A DNA stretch of 64,000 bases, from contig NC_045138.2 in assembly GCF_008831285.2 (NCBI RefSeq), forward strand, positions 36,270,001-36,334,000, given 5' to 3'. The notes under the pieces were generated by a model. The model did no database searches. It saw only the letters and a list, made by a program, of their open reading frames with translations, and was not told where the DNA came from. The DNA is from Nymphaea colorata (Eukaryota). Numbering within the stretch: the stretch's first letter is position 1; each line of letters opens with the position of its first letter. Below are positions 1-16,172 of the stretch, piece by piece. A program made the position numbers and the translations under genes.

Positions 1-1196
1 AAATGGTTTACAAACCTGAACGGGTGAAATTTCATCCGTTGGTTCGTCCTACAATCAACTAGTCACCTCAGAAAAGCTGTTTCTTGGGAAAAAAATTATC
101 AGGCTTCGAGGATTCCGAACATTTTTAGAAAACAGTGGAAACTTTCGACGGCAGTACGACACGAAAAAATTTACCATCCGTCGGACGCCCCGGCCCGGCC
201 CTTCCCCTCCATACATCCATCGTCATATAATTAGCAGCAGAGCAGCTGCTATTTTGTCTGATAAGATATTGTGAAAGAGCAGAGTCTGGTCGTTTATAAT
301 TTTTACCATGAAAATTTACAGAGAAAAGTGGTTTCCTGAGTGTTGGTGCCTGTACCTAGCATGTTAAAGATAAAGCGGTAGGTGGAAGATTTACATCTCT
401 TCGGGAGGTACAGAGGGTACTTCTTGGCTTTCTTGCTGGCTGTCCATATTAGACTAACAGATGGACACAAAGTTTGACAGGGAACTCGTCGTTTACCCTT
501 TTCAGCTTTCAGAGAGAGAAAAAGGAAGCCGGGGTGTTAAAAGGTGGGGGTGGAGGAGGTGGGGGAGAACATTCGGGCATGCATTTTCAGCAAGGCTTGG
601 TGGCAGAGGAGTTGGAAAGTTTGCGTTAAGAACTTAAGATCTCTTGTGAGCTGGTGCTGGGCACAATACAGGGGAACCTTTCTTTCTTTTCCTCTCCTGT
701 TGCAAGTTTTCGCTCTGGATTTGTTCTAAAATATTTAACAGGCAAGTTAAGAAGAGATTTACCAAGCTGGGGCCATATTGGGTTTGTAGTTAATATCACG
801 TGAAAGGACTACTTTTGAATGGTAGTTAATTCGAGGGCATGGGTCCTTCATATAGGCCTTCTGTCAGACTGCCGTTGAACAAAGTTTGAGGGTTCAGTCG
901 GGTTGGATGGTGTTTTCCTTCTTCATTGAGGCTTGAAAAGGTTGGGGATTGGTTTTTTTTAATTTGGGTAGGCAGCTGGTTGCAGGGCAAAGATCTATCT
1001 CTGCAATTTTATTACAGGTGCGGGTCTTCATTCCAGTGGCTGACACAACCAACTTCAGCTATCTGAACAGTGATTTTGTCGGGCACTTTAATATCATCAG
1101 GTGCTACAACTTCCGGTGATTTAGAGGCCGGAAGCTCAAGCCTGTGAAGTTCTTCTGTTTGTTCACAGCAAGGCATAACCGTGGGATTTCTGTAGA

Positions 1197-5507
<4,311 letters not shown>

Positions 5508-8500
5508 CAGTAGAGTTGTACATAGCGTGCAGCGTGCGTCAATTTTAAAGTTAGTTATTTCCCAAATTTTTGAGATGGCACCAACACCATCCCTGTTGGT
5601 GTATGTAGCTTGGACCTTTTACTGTTCATGTGACCGCGAAAAAAAATATACATATGTATATAAAGATGGAACTTTCTGTAATGCGGAATGCGGACTGGAC
5701 TTCTAGATCTTAACAATTCTGACTTCTCTCCTTTTACTGAAGCTCAGAGTCGAGCATTTAATAATGACAAAGATAAAAAAAAAAGATTATATAAAAATGG
5801 TGCAGAAAAATATAATTTGCTTGTGACTGGATGTTGATAATGACACCGGATGATGATCAAATGACATAAGAAGCTCTTGGAATTGACACGAGAGGATAGA
5901 GATGGGCCAGATGGCTCTTGCTTCCATGCTCCCATGACAGAATCTTGCAAGATTGGTCTACCTTGATTACTCCCGCACCTTCACATACGTGGAATTAGAC
6001 GAAAATGACAACTAATCCTAATCCTACCATCTGCATCCTCCTCCTCATTTTTTCTACAATTTTGTCTCTGCCACTGGTTTTCCTCTATTTATCTCATTTT
6101 CTCCCTAGAATTTTCCTCTTCCCGTAACTGAATCGTGTAGAGATCTGTGCGTATGTGGTGCAGAATTCACGACTGTCCAGAATGAGAGTTATCCTTTTCT
6201 TTGCAAAAAATTGACTTTTTTGATCGCATTTTGACTGAGTATCAGCCAAAAGATAGAATGTCGTATATTTTTGTATTTTATTTCTCTTCCCATTCATTGG
6301 CAGGATGCCCGTCTGCATAAAGCTTTACGGCTTTTCCGCAGTGGACAAATTAATTCGAACTTTTCGGGATACCTGCGTGCTTGAACAGGGTCGGAGGCAA
6401 ACCTCACTGGTAATAGGGAATCTCGTTTACCAACTTTGTTACTTCCAACATTTTTCATGAGATGTTCGCCCACAAGAAACTTTAAAGAAGATCGTCTACC
6501 ATTTATGGGGGTCTGTTTACATCCAGCTAATTATTTCAAGATAAGAACATTGAGAAATCAGAATATCAAAGATGATCAAAACCTCGGCAACATATTTTGG
6601 TATAACCATATTGTGGGTAGCTTTTAAATTCACTGCATTTCAAAAAATATCCACCTAGACTCATCATAAATTTCTTCAACGTTCAACCACCCTGTTTATA
6701 TCAATTTCTTCCATGCATACAAAATCATCCATGTTTTCTTGGACAAGTTGATGCATGAGAAGGCCCTGTCAAAAGCAACCTTCCTGGCTTGTCTAGGTTT
6801 CTTTAGACAAGTTGCTGCACCAAAACATCCAAGTTATTCCAAATATCCCAAATTCTCTCTGCTTTCTAGGACAAAAAGTTTGATACAATATGCGAAAGCG
6901 TCAGATCAAGAGGGTCCGATGTCGACCATTGGACGGTCCAGATTTATCGCATTCTGGACCTGTAAATTGTGGGGTCCAATTGGCCTGTAACCGAAATCCG
7001 ACCACCATTCTGAAAAACTTCAGGAAACCATGTGGGAAGGTGAGGTACAACAAGTCATCCCCCTTGGGTCGCGCTCTTCTTTCGAGCGGGAGCCGTCCAT
7101 CTATGTAACGTTTTCATGAATTTGTGCATCTCAGCCGTCCGATTGGGGTGGGGCCGGCCTCGGTAACGGCTATCTCGACCCCCACACCGACTCTCCGCTA
7201 CTTGGAGAGCAACAGAAACCACTTTGGTTTAACTCTGGTTAACTTCTGACCTTGGTTTGGCAAGCAAGTTGGTGCCGCATGAGGTGGATCCAAGACAGCA
7301 CGAAATTGGATTGAATACAGCCAAAATGAGAATATATGGACCCTTTTTGAACAGCCTTGGGATTCGCTCAATTGAAAATGTTTCAATTGCTTTATTTTTT
7401 TCTTTTTCTTGCTGTTTTTGGGCTTTTATATACAAAAAGTACAAACAAATTTGCTTAAACATGTCACAGAGAGAGAATAGGTTTGGCATACATAAAATCC
7501 GCTCGAAATCTCCTGTATTTGCTTCCCTGCTTAACATTAATGACACATTTAATATTATTTATGTTAACATATTCTAAGGCTCCTAAATTCCTAATGACTT
7601 AACAAATTTTCTTTTCTTTTAGAGTCCAAAGTTTTCTTGTTTTGGCTTTCTTTTTCGAAAGGTAGGTCCTAATCCTCTCGTTCATACAGAAAGATTTGCT
7701 TTTCTCTCATTCTCTGTCTCACTTTTTATTAACGATGCAATATCCCTAGGAAAATCTGACGTATTATATTATACTTTGCTTTACTGAACCCTTTTTTACC
7801 TCTCACCCAAAAAAAATAGTCTGATCTTTAAAGAGTTCCTTATCTACATATTAAGGAGAAAACATGCTAAATTAAACATTGTTCTTTAACCAAAAGGTTT
7901 CCTAATAGTTGGCAAAATGTTCATCAAATGAAGCATAGGATTTACAATCATAGTTCATGCGGGGAACTTTATTATAGCAGGGTATAAAGCAGGTCAAAAA
8001 CATCCTCCGAAGGAAGAAGAGACTGGAGTAAGGCAAAGCTATGACATCATATCAAAAGCCAACAACAAACACACATAAATATAAACGCTGTGCTTTTTTA
8101 TATATAAGTTTTTTTTAAATGCTTTACACTAATATCTATATTCTTATTCAATTGAGCATGAAGTTTATCCAATCGTCTAAATGAGAGGTTGACCTTTGCC
8201 CTCAGAGTCTAAGGCTGTGTTGGTGCCAAATAAGCTTGCTGCAATTCTCAGATACGAAAAAACCTGTGATTTGGTATCACATAAGTTAATCAAAAGGTTT
8301 TTTTCTTTTTCTTTTTTTGAAGAAAATACAAGAGTCCAATTTTTTGTGTATCTTCTTTGCTTCGCAAAACACATCTTTTGAAGAACGGTTGGAAGCTCTT
8401 ACCAAACTCCCATTTTTTGAAGTGGAAGAAGAAGAAACCAAATATATGAATTAATGCACGAATCTCTCCTACCATTTTGAGTGCAATCAATCAAATACAA

Positions 8501-8570
8501 CTACGTTTGGGCATCTTAAGAAAATGCTTTTCACCAGACAAGAATTAGGCCGACCCCTGCCATCCAACAC

Positions 8571-8622
<52 letters not shown>
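8571..8622. repeat. Compound (CA)n(TA)n microsatellite
   Basis: Directly visible. Confidence 0.9.
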
Positions 8623-8627
<5 letters not shown>

Positions 8628-8768
8628 GTAAAACATTGTGGATTGCAGCTACATGAAATTTTCCATAATTTCTTCCTGAGACATATATGTTTGTGCCAAA
8701 GTATCTCCCCTGGCTTGCCTCTCAGAAGACGAGTTAGACAATCTCCTTATCAAATTGGAAGAGAAAGC

Positions 8769-8914
8769 CATAATTTCATGTCCCACCTCACCATGCCTTT
8801 CGTTCATCATATTCGCTGAGAAAGAACAAAGAAAAAAAAAAGAAGATAGAAAGGAAGAGATTCTGGGGCAGGCAGGGCTTCTGATACACTCATAATTTCA
8901 TGTCCCACCTCACC
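8769..8914 (+). repeat. 24-bp exact direct repeat CATAATTTCATGTCCCACCTCACC (8769-8792 and 8891-8914)
   Basis: Two identical copies flank a ~98-nt partly purine-rich spacer. Confidence 0.85.
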
Positions 8915-9588
8915 TCACCATCCCATCCATCTTCACAGTTCACACCATCTCCAAAGGAAAATTATTGGTCCATTATTCGTTCTCCGCGTCGTGCTCTCAC
9001 TGTTGTGGTTGTCCAATAATTTTCTAAAATAGCGTATCCAATTTTTTTCACAGGCATCATACCAAATGCGCCGATCGGTTGCCGGAGACGATATTCCGGC
9101 CGTTTTTTCATATGATGAAGAGAGTTCCGACTACCAAACTTCGACAACAACACCTCCAACGTTGACATACTCTCACGGGGAACGAACGAGTTCAGATTTG
9201 GCCAAGGCCTTCAACTGGACACTCCTCACAATTTCCTCTTTTTGTTGCTGATAAACTACTTTGAGTTTTCATATGTTTTTCTCATATCTGCTATAATGTT
9301 TTCGCTTGGTTTATATGCTACAAACAGATTAATTTTTCAAATATTTTACGAATCATTACAGAATGCTTTGAACTTTCGTGCGTAGGACAGAAGTACATTA
9401 AAGTTTGCATTTATGATTATGTAATTGCGGTTCAATATAAAAGTTGAGAACAAACACAAAATCATTACATGTATTCATAAACATAAATCGCTAAACAAAA
9501 TGTACCAAAATATTGAAAAGAATTCAAAACTCACCAAAATATGCTTCACAAGGGATCTCACAAGAGTCCCTAGCGACCACCAATAAAG

Positions 9589-10031
9589 TGGTCACGTGAC
9601 CATCACTCCTTCACAGTAAGGTCCACACTGCACACTTTGCCACCGTTGATCATCAGAGTGGACGGTCCCGATGCCAACTTGAGACGACCGTTGGTTGGAA
9701 TATATATATATATAAAGAGACCCGACTACCGGCTCAGATCCAATCGGCTCCAAATCGGATTGGTCCCACCGACCCGAACCGTGTATCGTGTCGGTGGGTG
9801 CTGGATCCACCACGACAGCGGGACGCTTGGCAGGGGTCCGGCCGTTGTGAGGGTGCAGCTCCCGAGGAGTAAATGTGATTAAAGTCTTAGGATATATTCG
9901 TAATTGTGATCAATTTCAAAACCGGCCCTTTTCCGGACTCGCCCTAACACAATGCAGCGCAATTAAATTGAAGTTTCACGTCCGTTAAGCGAGAAAAAAA
10001 GCCCAAAGGGGGAGCGAAGGAAGATATAAAT
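9589..10031 (+). promoter_or_regulatory. UBC22 promoter with a palindromic G-box, CCGTT (MSA-core) motifs and a TATA box
   Basis: 14-bp palindrome TGGTCACGTGACCA at 9589-9602; CCGTT at 9643, 9688, 9842 and 9982; GATATAAAT at ~10023, upstream of a CT-rich leader with a GTGAGT donor at ~10156. Confidence 0.55.
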
Positions 10032-11447
10032 CCGAAGCGCGTCGGGTTGTCCTTGGTCTTTCTTAATATCTCTCTCCAGATCTCTTCAATCGAACTGAAG
10101 GAGGACAGGGAGTCCGAAATTTCTCCCCTCTGATTTTCTTCGCTGATCCTTCTTGGTGAGTCTTCTTCATCCCCTTTCTTCAGATTTTGTCGTAATTTAT
10201 TATGTAGTTTTTAATTATTTTGGGATCCTGAGTTTTTTTTTTCAGAGGAAGGATGCTTCTGTCACTTATGTGACGGGCATCTGTGGTGGTCCTTGGTTTT
10301 TACTGGGGCTTCAGATTTGACCTTTGGTTTCCTAAGTCGGTCTTTCTTTTCATATTTAGGGATTAGTGAGTTTTTTTTTAAATATAATTTCTTTTTTAAA
10401 TGAAGTCGATCTTCCCTAGTTTTTCCTCTTTCATCGAGACTGGGATTTTGATTTAGAGTTGTAAAATTTTCTTTAGCCATTGTATCTTTCGTTAACTTCA
10501 CAGGGTTCGTCTGCAAAGAATTTGCCCTGCTCTTCTTGAGCTGAGCTTTGATGTAAATTTTGTCTATCCCTTTTTCTCGAAAATCTTGGAGTAGAGTTTC
10601 TGCTTGCTCCCGAGATGCTGCTGCTCTTGGCCCTTCTTTTAAAAAGATTTGATGTGGGCACTTTCTTAATGTGGTTTACTCGTTTAATTTGGCTTATGGA
10701 TGATCTTTTTAATCTGTCGGACTTTCTTCTTCGGAGATCGAAATTTGATCTGCATTTTTCTTGGTTCCTTTTCTCATGGATATATTGACAATTTAATTTT
10801 CCTTGGCATGAAGGAACACGATATTTTTGGGTGCTTCAGTTTCTTCCATTTTTGTGGTTGTCTGTGGCTGGGTGTTTACTTTTGTCGGACATTCTTTCTC
10901 GTCTTGATTGGGAGTTTTAATCTGTACATCCATCTGCATTTGTACTTTGTACTAATGTTTGGATGTAGGTGGTGAACGATTACCACAGTTACTGTCATGT
11001 TTCTTCATTGATTGGTCTTTGCTTTAGTATGACTTCCCATTAAGAAAAAGCTTTTTCCGTTTCGATTGAAGCATCTCTCTTTTGAACGTAGCTATTATTG
11101 TTTGCGTTTAATTAAGTTAAATCAGTTTCTTCCTGTACTTGGTTTGTATTGTAATTTGTACCACATTCTCGTCGGTAGAAATGTTTCTCCTCAAGAGAAA
11201 AAAATTGTTCAATTATTTTGATCATCAATCTGCTGATTGTTTTACTAACTTTAAGTTGCACTTTCTATCTATTAGGCGTTTGTTGTTGATGGAAGTATTC
11301 TCCTTATATTGGTAGCTATTCATATAGACATAAAAGAATGGGGGGTTCTTCTGCCTGAAGCAAGCAGTAGCGTTTGTGTCATTGAATGATGGCCATCAGC
11401 ATGGTTGTTTTCTGTTTCACTTTCTACAAGTGCATTGAAAGGAATCT

Positions 11448-11710
11448 TTAGTAGTCAAGTGTGCTAGGCGGGCCTAGGAGGTGTCTCTTCAGAGGGGCCT
11501 AGGCCGCACGTATGTGGTTCAAAACAATATATAAAACTTTAAAAAAAAAGAAAGGACTAGAAGGAAGAAGGAGAAGAAGAATAGAAAAACAACAAAAGGG
11601 AAAAAACGCATAAGAAAAACAATGAGAAAGGGTAAAAGTAGTAGAAGAAAAAAGTAGGGGAAAAAGGTAAAAGTAGGTTGTGTTGGTCTTTCTAGCAGGT
11701 TCTAAGACTA
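11448..11710 (+). mobile_element. MITE-like element in the UBC22 5'-UTR intron, same family as 48603-48859; right end uncertain
   Basis: Starts TTAGTAGTCAAGTGTGCTAGGCGGGCCTAGG, close to the reverse complement of the right end of the 48.6-kb copy (TTAGTAGCCAAAGGTGCTAGGCAGGCCTAAG). Purine-rich core. Confidence 0.55.
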
Positions 11711-11970
11711 ACTGGTTGCATTCACTGTTGATATATTCCCTTTTGGTTTAAGGAGGGCAATAATATCAGTGTTTTTGTTGTTTATTTGTTTGGCAGACAT
11801 TTTTTTGTTCTTCCATATGTCCACTTATTGTATTATGTGCATTCAATAATTAGTTTGTGCATGCAGGTTGGATATTTGCTTGGAACTATAAAAGGACGTT
11901 GTCTCTTCGGAAGCGAGTTTCACTATCTGCCTGAACCAGATTTTCTTGCAAGCATCTGCTTTTCCTTCCC

Positions 11971-14699
11971 ATGGTAATGTCTTGGTTGCTTGTTGCACTG
12001 TGCACTTTTGGCCTGTATAAATTATCTGTTATCACGAAGTGACACATATAAATATCAGATGCTTTATCTGTCTTTAAAAGCTGCTCTGACATTAAATATG
12101 GCTTGTTTTAGGCTACTAATGAAAATCTCCCCCCTAATGTAATAAAAGAACTTGCAAAGGAGCTCAAACATCTTGATGAGAGCCCACCAGAAGGCATTAA
12201 AGTGATAGTGAATGATGATAACTTTTCAACAATATTTGCTGATATCGAAGGCCCAGGTATACTTAATTAGATGAAAGGATGTTATCACCTATTTTTGTGT
12301 GTGTGTTTGCTAGTGTGTCTTGTTCAATGAGAAATCAAACCAATCCCCTTCTGAATTGATTGATGGTGCAGCTGGAACTCCATACGAAAATGGTGTTTTT
12401 CGTATGAAACTCGTTCTATCCCACGAATTTCCCCATTCACCTCCAAAAGGTGAGCTGGTATTCATCTACTTTGGCTTTTTTTTTTTCCCACACAAATTAG
12501 TTCAAATATTAATTTGGATTGTATAGCTTTTCTATTTCCTACTTTTATCTTTTGATGAAAGTGACTTATTCTTTGTATAATATAGGTTATTTCCTTACCA
12601 AAATATTTCATCCAAATATTGCAACTAATGGGGAGATTTGTGTCAATACACTGAAGAAGGACTGGAATCCAAGCCTTGGACTTCGTCATGTTTTGATTGT
12701 AAGTAGCTTCATTTTTAAAACGTTTTTCTTGTGCCTCTGTCTCCAAAATTTTGAAGTGTCTTCTAGTTGGCATGGATCAATGACACTGCACAATTTTATG
12801 GCTTCTGTTAGTTGATGCAGTGAGTTGCTTCCCTTCTAGTGAAAAATAAGTTTCCTCAACTAATTCACCTTATGGTTTGATGTAAAATATAGGTGGTGAG
12901 GTGCTTGTTAATTGAGCCATTTCCAGAATCAGCTCTAAATGAACAGGCTGGCAAGATGCTTCTTGAAGATTATGAGGAGTATGCACGTCATGCACGGTGT
13001 GTAGTGATCTTTAATTGGTTTTTGTTAGGTGAAATTAACCTGTTTCCTTTTCCACCTGGTGTTACTAACTGCTTCATGTTATGCATTTTATGTGGGACAA
13101 TTTGATAGCATCATTTCCTGTTCAATAGATTACTATCAACATAGGTATCTGATAAAGGCTACCATGCCAATATTGGTTCTTTTTGGATCAGATTTGGATC
13201 AGACTCAGTTCTTTATAATATTTTATGGGAAAAGTGTGGCTGTTTTATACTTTTATTCTTATTTTGCCATTGTTTTCAACTGTATTTGAATTGGTTGATG
13301 CATCATTTGTGAAGTCGAATTGTTTTGCTTCATTTTTTTTGGATGATGCATGATTATATATGTATACCTTGCTGTACACATTTTCTAAAATTGCCTTGTC
13401 CAAATCCATACCGCCATACGGACTCCTATACGATTTAGGTAATGTTTTCACAAGATTTTATGTTACGTGTTTATTTGAGTTGTGCTTAATTTTGTTTACT
13501 GGTTTAGTACTAGTTCTTTGACACAAAGGCCAGTAATACAAAAACTCTTCGGACATTTTCACATGATTTAGTATTCTGTTTAAGGAAACCTTGCTTAACT
13601 GAATAATCATAATCTGGGTAATAAGCAAATGGCCTAGCACTGCGATTTAGTTTGACCTATTATTTTGTTGAAAATACTGAGTTTTTATTTTCTACTCATA
13701 TACTAAACCTCTCCGCCCTTGATGGCAAGTTTGTCTTTAACATGCTATAGCTATGCAACATAGTTGAACTAAAACTTAAAACATTTTTTAGTCTCATTTA
13801 TTGTTGCATTCTGTCCTGCATTGTTGTGAACAGAAAAAATTATATTTTTTTATTACCAAAAGGCATTATTGATTTATTTTTCTTTGCAAAAATTGTGCTG
13901 TTTTCTCGTTTAGAAGGAAGAAATGTGTGATTCCGTAACTTTTGATTTACACAGTTGTGGCTGATGAGTTGGTTCAAGCTGGATCTTTATTCACCTACCT
14001 CGTTAAAGCTCTAATTGATTTAACTTTCACTGATTTCTGTTATAGTATTGGTACTTCTTTCCTTTTGCTTCTCCATGTAGAAGTTGTTTGCAGCATAGCT
14101 TTTCTTGGCATAGGGTTCAAGCTGGATCTTTATTCACCTACCTCGTTAAAGCTGTAATTGATTTAACTTTCACTGATTTCTGTTTATAGTATTGGTACTT
14201 TTTCCCTTTTGGCTTCTTCATGTAGAAGTTGTTTGCAACATAGCTTTTCTTGGCATGGTTTCTAAATTTCAAAAATTTGTGATGTTTGTCTGCCACCGCT
14301 GTCGTTGATCATCATTTGATGGGTAATCTTCGTAGGCTCTACACGGGAATTCATGCGAGGCCCAGACCCAAGCCAAAAGCTGCGGCAATCTCTGAATCTA
14401 CTACCGCCCTTAATGTTTCACAAACAAACAAAGCTGCGGCAATCTCTGAATCTACTACCGCCCTTAATGTTACACAAACAAACACAGTTGTGGCTGATGC
14501 TGCGCCGACTCCATCTCCACTTGGTCCCTGCTTGAGTGCCAAAGGAAATTGTGGTCAAGACCCAAACATTAATCCGAGTTCAGCCACGGGACCTGCAGCG
14601 ATTGGGGCATCAGCCTTCAATAAGAAGGAAGTGATGTCTAAAGTTCAGGCTGACAAGAAGAAAATGGACGCCAGAAAGAAGAGTCTGAAGAGATTGTAA
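11971..14699 (+). CDS. UBC22: Ubiquitin-conjugating enzyme E2 22 (UBE2S-type, K11 chain-forming E2)
   Basis: The first coding exon contains only the ATG (11971-11973|GT). Exon from 12112 gives [19 protein letters not shown], followed by GTPYENGVF, the catalytic region [36 protein letters not shown] and a basic tail ARKKSLKRL*. Confidence 0.95.
13971..14256 (+). repeat. ~143-bp tandem duplication in the last UBC22 intron
   Basis: GGTTCAAGCTGGATCTTTATTCACC...TTCTTGGCAT starts at 13971 and again at 14114 with few differences. Confidence 0.92.
14376..14483 (+). repeat. 54-bp in-frame tandem duplication in the last UBC22 exon
   Basis: Encodes [14 protein letters not shown](S/T)QTN twice. Confidence 0.95.
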
Positions 14700-16172
14700 T
14701 AAATGGGGAAGATAAAGGAAGGCAATATTTCGAACGGCAAAGTTGGCCTGTTAGATATGGAAGTTGCAAGGAGACGAAGAAATTTAATGCAATTCATTTA
14801 ATTATCGGACCAATTATTTTCCGTCCATTATTTAGTGAAATTAAGGAATTGCTCATATATGCATGACCACAGTTTCCTGTACTGCGGATGCTATCTGGTT
14901 CCCAACGGTACCCAAAAATGGATTACCTCATCTACAGTAGAACATTTTCGTGGAACTTTTGACGAACCTCGTAATCAAATGCTTTTCCCTGTGCGTTCTT
15001 TAATATAAGAACGTCGACTATATACAGATGGAGCAAATGGGACATGCTAGGTAGTCTATAATTTTAACTTCATATGATATCTCTTCTACGTCGAGATGGC
15101 AAGTTGGCGTCGAGGTGCTGCATTTCACAGTTAAATTATAGTCCACACTTTTTAGGATATAGGAACTGAAGAGAACCATACTTCTCGGCAGGAGGTAATC
15201 AGGTGACCGTTATTGAGCTCAACGTCCCGATCAGCAGTGTATCCGAGAAGCGTAGAGTTCAAGCTAACTACTAAAATACGTTATATCCTGAATCGCCCAA
15301 GGAAATTGCGGAGGCATGATAAATGGATATGCTGTCGTTTGCTACAGCATTATCCCCAGGGTCTCAGTCTCCAGAAACATGACAATTAGACGCGCAGCAA
15401 GGGGCAAATATGGCAGGCTGCCAACTTGTATGGAATACCTTTTATTTCTTGATTTTTTAATAATTTAAATACCTTTTGGTTTTAGAATAACAAGGCCAAC
15501 ACAACTACACAAACACAGAATGAAATATGAACCACGATACAGCCCGATCCAACACATCATGCAGGGAAGGAAGCGAGTCTCATCCGCTGGGGTGCGAGAT
15601 GCTGGAGACCTTGAAACAGACAATCTCTTCTGTCTTACTGAGTCTGGCTTATCGCCTGTGCCAGTGGAGCACAGACCTAAAATAATCAAAACTCAAAACG
15701 CACCACTCCCTTTTAGGCGCCAGACGGGGAAAACCAACTCACGCAGCATCTTTGACATTTAGTACACAAAGTCCAGACGTGCTTCGCATGCCAAAAGAAA
15801 TAGGATTAGGGGTTCAAATAAAAATTTCAGCAGTCGTCAGAATTCAGAAGGACAGGAGAAGGAACAAAAGAAAAACACGAAAATAAGCATCAACGTCCCC
15901 GTTTTGGACAGACCCCTTCTGATTCATTTTTCCAACCTACAGAACATGGCAAACTTCCAAAAAAAAAAAAAAAAAAAAAAAGAAAACCCCATGCCCACAC
16001 CTCAAATTATGAAAAAGCGAAAGACTATCATGAACAAAGAGAAGTACGTAGAAATGACACCACTCACAGGACCAAAGAGAAATAGAAAAGGCTACCAGAG
16101 AAAGAGACTCTACCAAGACTGAACCACTATGCATAATGAAATTACAATTTCATCTGCTGCTCTGCTTCCTCC

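Noticed and set aside
7158..7177. CTCGGTAACGGCTATCTCG resembles the 5' end of 5.8S rRNA
   Set aside because: Only ~19 nt with mismatches, and the match does not extend.
13962..14033. TGATGA...CTGA C/D-box snoRNA-like spacing (similar at ~46944-47012 in UTP11)
   Set aside because: No convincing terminal stem or recognisable rRNA guide; the first box C overlaps the 18-bp templated insert.
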